DNA of 64,000 nt from the NCBI RefSeq assembly GCF_006345805.1, contig NC_043015.1:36828001-36892000 (forward strand). Direction: 5' to 3'. Position numbers and translations under genes: made by a program. Shown piece by piece: positions 15,051-29,060 of the stretch (the stretch's first letter is position 1; every line of letters starts with the position of its first letter). Below the pieces are notes generated by a model. That model had not been told where the DNA came from and searched no databases. It was given only the letters and a program-made list of their open reading frames with translations. Source of the DNA: Octopus sinensis. Lineage: Eukaryota.

Positions 15051-15914
15051 GACATAGTAATAATAATAAGGACGATCAAGTGTAAAATGTCCCTTAGTCA
15101 ATATATCAACTCCAACAGATGACAATATCAAAAATCTCAAAATGTAAACAACTGGAAATAAAGATAATCCGAATGTGGCTCCAAAAGACAGAAATAATCT
15201 CTCTGATAACACGTACCATCGGTATTGTTCAGAGACATAATCAAAATATCAGTACATTCGGATATATATATCATATAAAAATTAGAACCGTTAAACTCTG
15301 TGCAGAACTTATACAATACCACTGTCTAGAAAATAAATTAACAGCGAAAGAAAACACAATAACCAAGTCATATAGAGCTGCATTCAGTGCATATAATAAC
15401 AATTAATGGCTATCTTCGCTTCTGACCTTTACTGATTAGAAGTCTTATAATGTACAGATTTTGTCTTGGTATATCAGATGGGGTACCCTAAACATTCTTC
15501 TCAGTACCACATATTTCTTGGCAGTTCATTGACACTTGCGCATGTTACTCAGTGGCTAACAATATGTACATCAGTGATCACGAGCGGAAGTATTTGTAGC
15601 GCATCATAGTGTTGAGCGGAATTATTTGGGGTTTCAATAACTCGCCCTTGGAGACACAGGTGTTTCGTTCTTCATCCTCAAACAAACCTTATTTAGGGAC
15701 ATTTTAAGCATGATCGGTTAGTCGACACGAGGAAGATTCCAACCGAGCCCCACCTGCGCCGTTTATCTTGATATGAGGACAGTATGTCACGCGCATATGG
15801 TTCTGATACATGTGCAGGACTACACTCATCAGACGGGTAGTCATGATAGGGATACTGGGCTGTGTATATTTGTATCCCAGGATCAGTTTGACGTTATGCA
15901 TTGGTCTCTCACTC

Positions 15915-15967
<53 letters not shown>

Positions 15968-15968
<1 letters not shown>

Positions 15969-16365
15969 GAGATCATGAAGAAAAAAATTCTTTCTAATTG
16001 ATGTATCAATACCGGCAGATGACAACGTGTCTCTAAAAGAAATGGAGAAACTCTCAAAATACAAAGACCTGGAAATAGAGATAACTAGAATGTGGAACCT
16101 GAAAACAGAAACAATTCCTATCATAGTAGGTGCATTAGGCATGATAAAAAAATATTCAGACAAATACATAACAAAAACACCATTACATACAAACACATAT
16201 AACATACAGAAAATTGCACTACTAGGCACTGCACACATCCTACGCAGAGCACTTTCCATACAATAACCATCAGAGCATCACAACAAATCACAGCACATAC
16301 CCAAGGCACACAGAGCTGCGCTCGGTAGTGAAGTGAAAGCACGCTATAAAAATAAAACTGCTGAA
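15968..16365 (+). mobile_element. REL-clade LINE 3' end plus UTR (family 3), flanked by (AAT)n
   Basis: FLIDVSIPADDNVSLKEMEKLSKYKDLEIEITRMWNLKTETIPIIVGALG...IQKIALLGTAHILRRALS (ORF 16027-16266). Confidence 0.85.
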
Positions 16366-16387
16366 TAATAATAATAATAATAATAAT

Positions 16388-16640
16388 ACCATCGCTACAG
16401 GAAGTCCAAAAATTAGTTTTAACTGGAACGACTCGTGTACTGAGAAGAGCATTATCGCTGTGAAAACAACATCCATCCATCCATCCATGAATTTATTTAT
16501 TTGTTAATTTTTAAATACATATTTTACTTGTAAATTTGCGTGTGTAATCTGGGAATGCATACAATGAGCTTCTCTGCCCTAGGTGTATGGAAACACTCGG
16601 CGAGAAACGGAAATAAATTTGAAGAAATAAGGAAAAAATA
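16388..16640 (+). mobile_element. Second short copy of REL LINE family 2 3' end
   Basis: Close match to 14810-15050 (tcgctacaggaagt...gggaatgcatacaatgagcttctctgccctagg). Confidence 0.7.
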
Positions 16641-16670
16641 ATATTCATAATAATAATAATAATAATAATG

Positions 16671-16730
<60 letters not shown>

Positions 16731-17400
16731 GGCATGATAGAGCTGCACAATATATTCAGTGGATAATTTGCAAAAACTTGGACTTGCCCCATGATAAAAA
16801 CTGGTGGGAACACAAACTACCGCCAGAGCTTGAAAATGATCATATCTCACTCCTCTAAAACTTTACCATTCAAACTGACAGAAAGATAGATGTGAATAGG
16901 CCAGACATCATATTGAAAGACCTCAGACAGAAATCATGCCTCCTCATTGATATGACTGTCCCAATCGATATAAAAACATCTATCAAGACCTACCAAAAAC
17001 TGAGCAAGTATAAATATCTTGAAATAGAAATTAGCAAAATGCGGAACCTGAAGACTAAAACAATACCTGCTGTCATAGGTGCCCTAAGAATGATAGCAAA
17101 ATGGGTTGATTGCTAACTAGCTCAGATACCGTGACCCCGCAAAAGGGCAGAATTCAAAAGATGGTGCTCATGGGAACTGCCAATATCCTACGTTAAATAC
17201 TGTCTATGTAATTTCAAATTTCAAAACAGACAGAATTTTCTTATGGTAACATTCCCTAGAACAACACTATGTGCAGAACCAAATATATGACACCCTAGGC
17301 ATAACACCAACATGAACTTCCAACTTATTGTCTCATGAGGTCTCTGAGTGAGACTTAGAGCTAACTGGTACAAATACAAAGCAAAAGTCAAACATAAAAT
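16731..17400 (+). mobile_element. REL-clade LINE 3' fragment (family 1, same as 48521-49892)
   Basis: RHDRAAQYIQW...KNWWEHK...TIQTDRKIDVNRPDIILKD...LIDMTVPID...KLSKYK; shared 3' UTR; (AAT)n/(AAC)n flanks. Confidence 0.87.
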
Positions 17401-18469
17401 AATAATTACAACAACAACAACAACAACAATAATAATAATAACAATAATAAGAATAATAACAGCAACAAAAGCAGCATCTACTACTACTACTAATAATAAT
17501 AATGATGATAATAATAATGATAATAATACTGCTGCTACTACTAATGCAGTGCTTTAACATTATCTCATTTATGATCAACATAATCATCTTCGTGATGATT
17601 AGCATAAACAAATCATAGATTTCCTCGTCGTCGCCGTCATCATATTTCCTCTTCATAGATTCCCTCCTCCTCCTCCTCCTCCTCCTCCTCATCATCATCA
17701 TCATCATCATCCCTTCCGTCACACTTAGTAACATCATTGACGTCAACCTTATTTCGGTTTGTCATTCTTCAGTTAATAATATTACGGTTTACTTCGTCCT
17801 TAATCTCTCCAGCCATTTGCAGAAGGAATTATCCTAACGTAAAAGCTTCTCACCAATAATCAGATTTGCTTTGAGCTGAAGATATTTGCGGCTATTTATG
17901 ATTACAGTCCGCAACCAGTGATATTAATTCTATGACGAAGAAATGCAACGGTAAATACTAACGTGTGCTTATTGACTTATAATGTGGTTGTCGAGTTTGA
18001 TGTTGCGTGGTTATGGTAGCCGAGGGTTCGGTCTAAACGAATAGAACAACCGCGGGCAAACTGCGACCCGCGCACGTTCTGAATGTCAAGCCTAATGTCC
18101 TGCTACTATCATACGACTCGCGCATTTTTATTATTCTTTCACTTCTTCTCCTTCTTCTTCGCCTCTTTTCTCTAAAGCTACTGTTGCTTAAACAATCAAA
18201 GACAGAATTCATGTGAAACTAGCTGCTGTTAACTAGCTAGAACCCAGAGGAGTAAGAAAGAGAGACGAGAGACAGACAGAAAAAAGGAAAATATCCCTTC
18301 AATTTAAAACTATGGAAATATTTTGAAAGCGATTTCATGTAATTTTTCCACAATTTAATTGCTTTTTATGCTTTACTCTATGTTGAAAACGTCGCAAAGG
18401 CTGAAACCCGTACCAAAATGATCTTCATGATAAAATTATTTTAGCATTTTTTACCGGATCTTATTTTCC

Positions 18470-18511
<42 letters not shown>

Positions 18512-18569
18512 ATGTATCAGAGCGCAATGACGGACGAAATACTATTTTGCATGGCCTGCTAACGATACT

Positions 18570-18765
18570 CTTTTCTACTCTAGGCACAAGGCCCGAAATT
18601 TTGGTGAAAGGGACCAAGTATGCAACTGGTACTTAATTCATCGACCCCGAAAGGATGAAAAGCAAAGTCGACCTCGGCGGGATTTGAACTCAGAACGTAA
18701 AGACGGACGAAATGCCGTTTAGTATTATGCTCAGAATGCTTAACGATACTGCCAGCATGCTGCTT
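18570..18765 (-). mobile_element. tRNA-derived SINE (gtcgactttgcc/tttcatcctttcggggtcgat family)
   Basis: B-box gagttcaaatcc on the minus strand; matches copies at 26190, 42190 and 47835. Confidence 0.75.
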
Positions 18766-19389
18766 TTAACGGATGAAATAATAAAAGAAACATTAAAAAA
18801 AATAATTGGGGGAGAATATGGCAGTTGAAATTTTATAAGAAAAGAGCGGAACATTTATGGCTTTTTGAATATATAAATATGTTCGTCGCATACGAAAACT
18901 TGTTGAAAATAGGAAAGGCTGAGTAGAACGTGTGTATTGGTTAGTAGTTTATTGAATGTTAAAATACGCAACAAATACTGATTAAAATTTTAATTTACAG
19001 TTAATAGTTAACGCCATTGTTATTGTTTTGTTATTATTTTGAAGTAATTTTCGAGTGCTAAGTGAATTATTACGTAAGAGTATTGAATATTTAATTATCA
19101 GTTGTAGATATTCATAACAATAAAATTATTAGGGTGTAAAAATTTGAGTCAATTATACTTAATTGACAAATAAAAATGGCTGCACAAATTGAATAAGATT
19201 TATCGCATAAACTGAAGCCTTATATCTATGCTGAATTTATGTTTATAGGAGAGATTAATCCGAAAGAATTTCGAGGAGATATTTTGGAAAAGTCGTATTA
19301 AAAGAACTCTTATATTTTTCCTGTTGCAGTCATCTGAGTGCAGTCATTCTAAGGAACCAAATTGAAGGGTTTTCAGCAAAATAATCGAC

Positions 19390-19683
19390 CCAGTACATAT
19401 TTCTATATCTCTTACTTATTCTATCGGCGACTATTGTCGAACCGCTAAGTTGCGGGGGACGTAAAGAAGTTAACATCGGTTGTCAAGCGGTGGATAGAGA
19501 GCAGACATAAACACAAAGATACATACATGTATGCGAGGAGCTTCTTTCAGTCTCCGTCTATGAAATCTCCTAACAACGCTTTGATCAGATAGGAGATATT
19601 GTAGAAGCCAATTTCTGAATGTGCCACGCAGCAGGTTTGAACTCGAAACAGTTTGGTTGGGAATCAAATTTTATACCATTAGC
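19390..19683 (-). mobile_element. Degenerate SINE with ccgcttgacaaccgatg...taacttagcggttcg tail
   Basis: Reverse complement resembles the 20757-21075 element. Confidence 0.6.
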
Positions 19684-20756
19684 AATGTATGATTAGCGTG
19701 TTCGTGAAAGTGGAAATATTTTAAACGAACGATAAATAAAATCATGAGATTGGCCTCTCAGGCGATAATGTGCCAAAATAAATAAACCACTAAACGGTTT
19801 GTTGTAATTTTAATAACAATGTATGCCACCACATTATTCATTTAATATTCAGAGGAAGACATGTTTATAAAGAGAAGTGCAGATCTGTTATGGTTCATAA
19901 CTAAATTCTACTGAAGTGTTTGAGGAGGATATGAAAGGATAATTACGTATATGTTTCATTTACGATTCGGATAGTAACGGCATATTTTTATAAGAATTAT
20001 AAATTTAATGTGGATATAAGTGTCTGATGTTATTAGAGAATGCGGCACAGCGGTCATTAAATATTAAAGAGGTTTAACGTAAATTTGCAATGTAAGTAAG
20101 ATTGATTATAAGAAGATATAAAGTATTAAGTTAAATTAAGCACCACTAATGTTAATATATTTATTTGAAAACTGCAGCACAACTACAGAATATGTTGTAA
20201 GGTAAATTATATAGAAATATATGTAGAGCCAGAAGATATGTGCAGCTATTGAAGCGGTTTGTACGTATGGAAATATTTATGAGGGATTCCAGAATGAAAT
20301 AAAACAAAATGGTAGACGATTTCAGAAGCAAGGCGACACACGGGCAAAAAGGTGTATTATTACACCTAACTACGGGCGCAGGTACACAACACATACAACA
20401 CATACGCACACACAAACGCATACACAAAAATATACACACGCACATATATAAAGATATATATATTGATATTCTATAAATAATGATAATCATTAGAAGCTTA
20501 AAGCCTGTCAAGCTACTTTAGTCTGTGAGTGTCTCTCGCCAAAGAAAGATGTTGTGGCTTGCTACTCTCAGTCCGGAATATTTCATGGGGTTTGTGCTTT
20601 TGTGTGGCGGTCCGAGTAAAATTTTAGCTCTCATTTCTAGCAATTGTAGGTACGATTTCGCACCCTCATTTCTTAATTTTACCTTGTATATATATATATA
20701 TATATATATACAAGCACACTGACACACAGACACACTCATATATATATATATATATA

Positions 20757-20940
20757 GGCGCAACATTAGCTGTGTGGTAACAAGCTTGCTTCCCAACCGC
20801 ATAGTTCCGGGCTCAGTCCCACTGCATGGCACCTTGGGCAAGTGTCTTCTAATATAGCTTCTGGCCGACCAAACCCTTGTAAGTGGATTTGGTAGACGGA
20901 AACTGAAAAAAGCCCGTCTTATATATATGCATATATATGC

Positions 20941-20982
<42 letters not shown>

Positions 20983-21075
20983 GTTAGTGTGTTAGTGTGT
21001 ATTTATATCTCCAGCATCGCTTGACAACCGATGTTGGTGTGTTTACCTTCACGTAAGTTAGCGGATCGGCAAAAT
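20757..21075 (+). mobile_element. tRNA-derived SINE with internal TA/TG microsatellite (copy 1)
   Basis: Head ggcgcaacattagctgtgtggtaa...gggctcagtccc, CORE-like ggcaccttgggcaagtgtctt, tail cgcttgacaaccgatg. Confidence 0.75.
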
Positions 21076-21229
21076 CTGACATTATTTGAGGGAGATTAAA
21101 ATGGTTTGCTTGAATGTTTCCTAACCCACGATGAGTTGGGTTCATAACTTTAAGCAAGAAACAAAAAGACAATCAATTCTGTGCAAACAACGGTTTTCGC
21201 CTGCTCCAAAGAAGGCAAAGTCAAATCAT

Positions 21230-21700
21230 TTGTCGGAAAGGTAACAGACCGCTTTTTTGTCGGATGCAAAACGCATCAATAGAAATCACGATGCCAACTC
21301 GCTGAAATGAAAAGTTATTACGATTAAACAACCAGGAAATCTGACGAAGGTAACTTGTTCCATAAGGACAATGCTCCATTTTACAGGTCCGTCCATTCAA
21401 TGGCTGTATTGCGTGACTGTGGCTTTCAACTGGTTGATCATCCTCCCTGTCCTTGTGATTGGTCTCCATCTGTCGATAAACTCTTCACCAACATGAAAAG
21501 AACATTTCGCTGGGATCCTGGGTTGCAGTATTGATGACGTCAGTGTTTATGATTGTTTTTGAGCAACTTCATGAAAGCCACTTAACCAATGAGATCGAAG
21601 AGTCTGGGTCACAAGACTGATTATGTTCAGAAATAAAACTCAATTAGTTCCATTCCATGGGAGTGTCTTGGTCAGCCTACAAACTGTTCAGGCGACCGAC
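21230..21700 (+). mobile_element. Mariner transposase C-terminal relic plus 3' TIR (copy 1)
   Basis: LFHKDNAPFYRS...LRDCGFQLVDHPPCPCDWSPS versus mariner HDNAP/HPPYSPDLAPSD; TIR-like gtcagcctacaaactgttcaggcgacc. Confidence 0.8.
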
Positions 21701-22616
21701 ATGTTTGATTCTGGACGAATGAAATTTGACCAAGCATCGTAACTTACAAACCCTTGCAGACCTATTTTGAAGAATTTCCAAATGCTGGATTGTTAAAATA
21801 TTATTACACAAATAATGCATTCCTCATAAAACTAAGTTCCGATTTCTTACTAAGAACAAACAACTACGGTTGCAGTAAAGGTACACATTTACCCAGCAAT
21901 TTTGCGTAGAAAACGAATATATAGGAAAGAATTGAAGATTTAAGGTTTCTACATCAGGCCTTATTCAACGAGCTTTCTTCTGGGAACAACCCAACGGTAT
22001 TCCCTCTTCTGGGGTACAAGGACTAACTTAAAGCAGCACTGAAGACCACTGAACTTGAACCCAAATCGTTTGAAATAAAGCCCCGGGGTTATAGCAAGTT
22101 ATGGTGTTCCATTAACATCGAAACCCAAAACTTCTACGCCACCGGAAAAGAAAACGAAGAAATCAAGTGACAGGACAGAAAGGTTCGATAAAATCAAGCT
22201 CATCCTCCGCTAAAATTGCTCTGCAGTAAATGCCATCTGTGGAAGAATTGGTCGACAGAATCATCGGCGTCATCACCATAAAGGAAATGAAATTCAAAGA
22301 TAAAATACAGGAAACAATCTACAAAGACAAAATTAAATTCTCGAATAAGAGGTAAAGACACCGACAACAGAAGAGGAGAAATACAAACGCTTGGTTTGGA
22401 TCAATACACCATTTGAAAGACGAGAAAATAGGACAATTCCGTCATGTCTTCTATTGCAATAAGCCATGCTGTGTTGCCGGGGAGGGGGTAATTAACAAAA
22501 CGTTTATCAGCCTAAGGCTATTTTATTAATTTATTAATTTATATATACATATATATATATATAATATATATACAAGCACACTGACACACAGACACACTCA
22601 TATATATATATATATA

Positions 22617-22800
22617 GGCGCGACATTAGCTGTGTGGTAACAAGCTTGCTTCCCAACCGCATAGTTCCGGGCTCAGTCCCACTGCATGGCACCTTGGGCA
22701 AGTGTCTTCTAATATAGCTTCTGGCCGACCAAACCCTTGTAAGTGGATTTGGTAGACGGAAACTGAAAAAAGCCCGTCGTATATATATGCATATATATGC

Positions 22801-22850
<50 letters not shown>

Positions 22851-22945
22851 GTTAGTGTGTTAGTGTGTATTTATATCTCCAGCATCGCTTGACAACCGAT
22901 GTTGGTGTGTTTACCTTCACGTAAGTTAGCGGATCGGCAAAATCT
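22617..22945 (+). mobile_element. SINE (copy 2 within the duplication)
   Basis: Duplicate of 20757-21075. Confidence 0.75.
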
Positions 22946-23096
22946 GACATTATTTGAGGGAGATTAAAATGGTTGCTTGAATGTTTCCTAACCCACGATG
23001 AGTTGGGTTCATAACTTTAAGCAAGAAACAAAAAGACAATCAATTCTGTGCAAACAACGGTTTTCGCCTGCTCCAAAGAAGGCAAAGTCAAATCAT

Positions 23097-23567
23097 TTGT
23101 CGGAAAGGTAACAGACCGCTTTTTTGTCGGATGCAAAACGCATCAATAGAAATCACGATGCCAACTCGCTGAAATGAAAAGTTATTACGATTAAACAACC
23201 AGGAAATCTGACGAAGGTAACTTGTTCCATAAGGACAATGCTCCATTTTACAGGTCCGTCCATTCAATGGCTGTATTGCGTGACTGTGGCTTTCAACTGG
23301 TTGATCATCCTCCCTGTCCTTGTGATTGGTCTCCATCTGTCGATAAACTCTTCACCAACACGAAAAGAACATTTCGCTGGGATCCTGGGTTGCAGTATTG
23401 ATGACGTCAGTGTTTATGATTGTTTTTGAGCAACTTCATGAAAGCCACTTAACCAATGAGATCGAAGAGTCTGGGTCACAAGACTGATTATGTTCAGAAA
23501 TAAAACTCAATTAGTTCCATTCCATGGGAGTGTCTTGGTCAGCCTACAAACTGTTCAGGCGACCGAC
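23097..23567 (+). mobile_element. Mariner relic (copy 2 within the duplication)
   Basis: Duplicate of 21230-21700; ORF 23238-23429 ends KEHFAGILGCSIDDV. Confidence 0.8.
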
Positions 23568-25220
23568 ATGTTTGATTCTGGACGAATGAAATTTGACCAA
23601 GCATCGTAACTTACAAACCCTTGCAGACCTATTTTGAAGAATTTCCAAATGCTGGATTGTTAAAATATTATTACACAAATAATGCATTCCTCATAAAACT
23701 AAGTTCCGATTTCTTACTAAGAACAAACAACTACGGTTGCAGTAAAGGTACACATTTACCCAGCAATTTTGCGTAGAAAACGAATAATATAGGAAAGAAT
23801 TGAAGATTTAAGGTTTCTACATCAGGCCTTATTCAACGAGCTTTCTTCTGGGAACAACCCAACGGTATTCCCTCTTCTGGGGTACAAGGACTAACTTAAA
23901 GCAGCACTGAAGACCACTGAACTTGAACCCAAATCGTTTGAAATAAAGCCCCGGGGTTATAGCAAGTTATGGTGTTCCATTAACATCGAAACCCAAAACT
24001 TCTACGCCACCGGAAAAGAAAACGAAGAAATCAAGTGACAGGACAGAAAGGTTCGATAAAATCAAGCTCATCCTCCGCTAAAATTGCTCTGCAGTAAATG
24101 CCATCTGTGGAAGAATTGGTCGACAGAATCATCGGCGTCATCACCATAAAGGAAATGAAATTCAAAGATAAAATAAGGAAACAATCTACAAAGACAAAAT
24201 TAAATTCTCGAATAAGAGGTAAAGACACCGACAACAGAAGAGGAGAAATACAAACGCTTGGTTTGGATCAATACACCATTTGAAAGACGAGAAAATGGGA
24301 CAATTCCGTCATGTCTTCTATTGCAATAAGCCATGCTGTGTTGCCGGGGAGGGGGTAATTAACAAAACGTTTATCAGCCTAAGGCTATTTTATTAATTTA
24401 TTAATTTATATATACATATATATATATATATTATATATATGCATATACATATATATATATGTACATATATATACATATGTATATATACGGATACATATAT
24501 TTACATATATGTATTATATATATGTATATGTATATACATCTATATGTGGGAAGGGTCATATATACACGAAACACAAATATGAATGCCTATTTCTGATAAA
24601 CACGTGTTCCATAAGTTTATTTTACCGGTGATGATGATGATGATGATGATAAGGATGATGATGATGTTGACGACGACAACGACGACGACACATTTGGGCG
24701 ACAAGTTGTTCGTCTCTTTTCCTTATTCACCTCAAACCATAAGAGTTCTCTACGATATTCCAATAAAAAAAAGACACTCGATGACCTCCCCATTCCTATC
24801 GTATCTCTTTTTCTATGACTCGTTTTCTTTAGCTTTGCTTCTCGTTGTTTTCAAATGGCACCCAACGTCGCCATTTTGTCGAACAGTATTCAATTTTAAT
24901 TAATATCCAAACTATCCAAACCATGGAGCTTCTACTTCGAGTAGCTTTCAATATACTTATTAAGAGGAAAAAATGTGGTGTTTATTTCTTTATCAATCTT
25001 AAGTAAATAGTTTTGTAAATTGAGTTCAGCTATCAACCAATATATTTATAATATAAACGTATATTCCTTAAGTAAATAATTTTGTGAATTTGAGTTCAAC
25101 TACACAATAAATATAGATTGCACATATACATATACATGTATATATATATACATATTACACACACATACACACACATATATCTATATATATGCGCGTGTGC
25201 GTGTGTGTATATTCACACAC

Positions 25221-25277
<57 letters not shown>

Positions 25278-25527
25278 TACACATGTATAGATATATATAT
25301 CTGTATATATATGTATATATATATAATGTGCATGTATGTATATGCATGTATATATATACTTTATTAATAAAGCTGCAAAGACATCACAAAAACTTTTAAC
25401 ATATATATATAAATATTTATTTATTTTTATATGTATATATACATATACTTACGTATATATCTATACTTATTTATTCATATATATCTATATATAGTTACAA
25501 TATATACTTACTTACACACACACATGC

Positions 25528-25602
<75 letters not shown>

Positions 25603-25989
25603 CTTATACTTAGAGATATCCAGATATCTATATTTGTATATGTACATATATGTGTATGTACTTGTGTTTTGTTGTATATGCCTGTGTTTGTGTCGCTGTG
25701 CAACCTTTGTGTGTTGCGGTGTACGTATGGCATTGCATCCGCTTTCATATGTACATTTATAGTCATATTGTTCATGAGCACACTTGCAAACGCGTGTGCA
25801 CACATACACATGCGCACACACAGTCACACATATGTATGTATATAAATGAATGTATTATGTATATATGTATTATGTATGTATGCATACGTAATATTTGAAA
25901 CGGATATGAGTAGTGCTTTTTCAATGAATAACGAAGGAGAACCCAAATATTTCAGATCCAAACCAAAGCTAAATTTATATGATAAAAAT

Positions 25990-26119
25990 TAACGATTTGC
26001 GTTAGCTTCCGCTAAATTGTTTCAGTTGTTTAGCAGTTTAGCGTTTGCGAAGTAAAGTTTTTAGTTAGCGGATTAGCAGTTAGCGAAGCTAACCATTTGA
26101 TTAGCTGTGCCCACCACTG
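25990..26119 (-). mobile_element. One end of a hAT-like non-autonomous DNA element
   Basis: Terminus CAGTGGTGGGCAC on the minus strand with many subterminal GCTAA/TTAGC motifs; partner end not found. Confidence 0.4.
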
Positions 26120-26189
26120 GCTGATATTGTTTTGCAAATTTTGGGTCAAGCAAACAGTTTCGAGAAAAGGACTAAGCCAATTACATCGT

Positions 26190-26332
26190 TGCCAATGCGT
26201 AACTGGTACTTATTTATCGACCCCAAAAGGATAAATTTCAAAGTCAACCCCTGCGGCAATTGAACTTAGAATATAAAGACGTACGCCGCTAATCATTTTA
26301 TCCGGTGTGCTAACGATTCTGACAGCTCGCTG
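26190..26332 (-). mobile_element. Degenerate SINE, same family as 18570
   Basis: ctggtacttatttatcgacccc...ctaacgattctgacagctcgc. Confidence 0.65.
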
Positions 26333-28304
26333 TTTTGCAGCACAATATATTACCCGTTCCAAAATATGGATGGCAGGAAATATTCTTCCTCTAAAACTCC
26401 GTACCAGTTCATTCCATTCCTTCAATCTTATTTTACGATTTCCCAATATTTCATTACGATATCAAAATAAAATTTATTAATACATTATCCTTTCATTTGC
26501 GTCTGGTGAGCCTAATTTCCTGTTTACTGGAAAAGATTTAGTAAACATTTAAAGTCGGGGGACATTAATACATCGGAATTAATATTCGTTTATATCAGCA
26601 ATCTGTCTAAGTATGAAATCTTCAATATAATATTTTAAATATTTTCGACGTAAACAGCTTTCGAATTTGTTTTGTTTCTGTAAACCAGCTTAAGACGATT
26701 TAAACGGTTTAAGATCGATAAACAAAATAACAAATCCGATAAAATATAATAGTGATGTTTTGATAAAACATACAACTAGAGAAAGAGAGAGAGGGAAGAG
26801 AGAGAGGAATGGGCGCTTGTTTTTCTTCATTGCCAAGTATAGAAGTAGGGGACGTAAATCTATTTACTCTTCAGGCACCTTTAGATGGACGATATTCGGT
26901 CGATTAATGTTGTCACTGAAAATGTATAAGGAAACATCTACAGTTTATATATGATCAGGGATTGAATTTCAGAACGCTGCAGACGTCCTGGATGAGATGG
27001 ACTGAAATTAGAAACTAGTGCGGTTAATGTGGATTTATATACCACAACGATTGTGGGCATTAGCTTCAGATGATTTGACGATCGTCGTAACATGACATTG
27101 GCGGAATAATTCGCAAGAATTCGACGCAATCAATTATGATATCATTGGTTCGATAGACATCAAGATTCTATAATGGATTTCGATATAGACACATTTAAGA
27201 TGCACCCAATATTCCACTTATCTCATCTGGAATGAATGTAAGGCTAAGAAACTCATTTCGAAAGAGGTAGCATTGGATTCGGTCCCAGAAAATTTTGAAG
27301 ACGATTAGCTAAGAGATTAGACTTTAAAGAAAACCAAAATCTTCACACACAGAATTAGTGCTTTTTTACACCCGTCCTCATTTTTTTAATCATGCACACA
27401 CACACACTCTCTCTCTCCCTCACTCTCTCTCACACACACATATACACACACGCATATATACAGAAACATTTATTTTATGCATGTATGTATAAAGATCCTG
27501 ATCAATGTCTATATGCACATATATATATATATATAAACATGTATGTCTATATATATGTATATATATATATATATGTATGTGCGTGTGTATGTATATATAT
27601 ATATATATATATATTTCTATGCACGTACATGTGTATATGTACACAAGGGTAAAAACATGCTCATATACAAAGCCGAACATATTTTTTCTTGATAATTTCG
27701 CGATGTACCCGGACACACTATACAACAACACAAAAGGCACCGGGTACTTTTCATTTAAACAGTGTTAAAAAAGAGAGAAAAGGGAGATTAGAATTGACAA
27801 AGGAAATTGGCGGAAATGAGCTTCACAGTGTGTCTGCTGTTCAATGAAATGTTTCAGTTGGAAATTTTCTGATACACCAACTGCTCCACCTACGTGATTA
27901 AGTAGGAAACATGTAACCAGCGGGCACACGCTATCTTTACTAATCTTTATGAATCAATACTGGTCCGCTAAGTCGTGTAATTTTGTGCAGATCCTCGAAT
28001 GTAAGAAAGTATGGTATGTGGTAGCCAGATGGATTTGTTTATCATACCGAATATAGAAACGCAAGCGAGAGTTTACAATGTTCACAGATTATAGCTCTAG
28101 TGAGTGGTTGTTAATCCTTCGAGTTTTATGTGCATATCTGGCAATAATCTGGTACCTATCTATATCTATTTATATGTGCTTTTAAGTGTATATGCGTGTA
28201 AATCTACTTATTAAAAGTTATCTCTCTGTATCTATCTATCTATCAATCTCTTTCTCTCCCTATATATATGTGTGTGTGTGTGCATCTATATTCATATATA
28301 TATA

Positions 28305-28532
28305 CTGTTGTGTCTGCGGACAGTGATTTTCTTTTTGTGACTTATAATGTAACACACTCACCGGTAAAATGTCTACTTATTTCTTATTTTATTATTTATT
28401 TCTTATTTTTACTTTCCTGTGTGTTACATTATAAGGCACAAAAAGAGAATGACTCTCCCCAGACACAACAGAATATGCTTAAACACACGAACTCATATGA
28501 AGAATCTTGCAAACCAAATTCAAAAGCGAAAT
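28305..28532. mobile_element. Palindromic MITE-like repeat (copy 1)
   Basis: Arms ctgttgtgtct...ttataatgtaacacac / gtgtgttacattataa...agacacaacag; right side extended. Confidence 0.65.
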
Positions 28533-28879
28533 ATATGTGTGTGTGCGCGCGCGCGTGTGTGTGTGCGCGTGTGTGTGTGTGTCAGTAATGTAACTACACA
28601 CGTACTGTTAGGGATTTCTTTTCCTTCTTTGAACCCTTCCCTTTCACCTTTCCTACGAAGATCCATGATCGAAACGCCAAAGTCTCTCTTTTCACCGACC
28701 GCCACGCTAATAAATTACTTGTACACGTCTTCCTGTCGTCCGTTAATTTTATTTGTTTATCTGAATTGATTGTTAATTTATACTGACTACATATATATAT
28801 GTGTGTGTGTGTGTGTGTATAATTATAAATTTTCTTTAGTATAGCATAGAAAGCGTGAATGTGTTAGAGTCAAACCGGA

Positions 28880-29060
28880 GATACTAGAAAAGTACAAGAG
28901 ATACAGAGAAGAGGAATAATATCTATGCTTACATGAATGAATACCTTCAGAAAATTTATTTAAAATGGTGGAATTAAAAAATCGAAGGATCATGTGCAAT
29001 TCTTCTATACACAGTTGACATCTGCCGGTAATGGTATTGTATAGTTGTACCACATTGATG
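28880..29060 (-). mobile_element. Penelope-like element C-terminal fragment
   Basis: ORF 28823-29053: YNTITGRCQLCIEELHMIL...ILNKFSEGIHSCKHR resembles the PLE tail YN..T.RC.LCL.EK..I....LNKRSE....CRH. Confidence 0.6.

Larger units (their letters stand above)
20700..24430. repeat. Tandem duplication of a ~1.87-kb unit (about 20700-22560 and 22560-24430)
   Basis: Near-identical copies; identical ORFs 21221-21469 and 23088-23336 are offset by 1867; boundaries lie in (TA)n. Confidence 0.95.

Noticed and set aside
21221-21469. Duplicated 82-aa ORF METNHKDRED...
   Set aside because: Antisense of the mariner relic; it appears twice only because of the local duplication
22190-22270. CSKCHLW zinc-knuckle-like peptide in the duplicated unit
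   Set aside because: The H and final C of CCHC are missing and the surrounding frame is not interpretable
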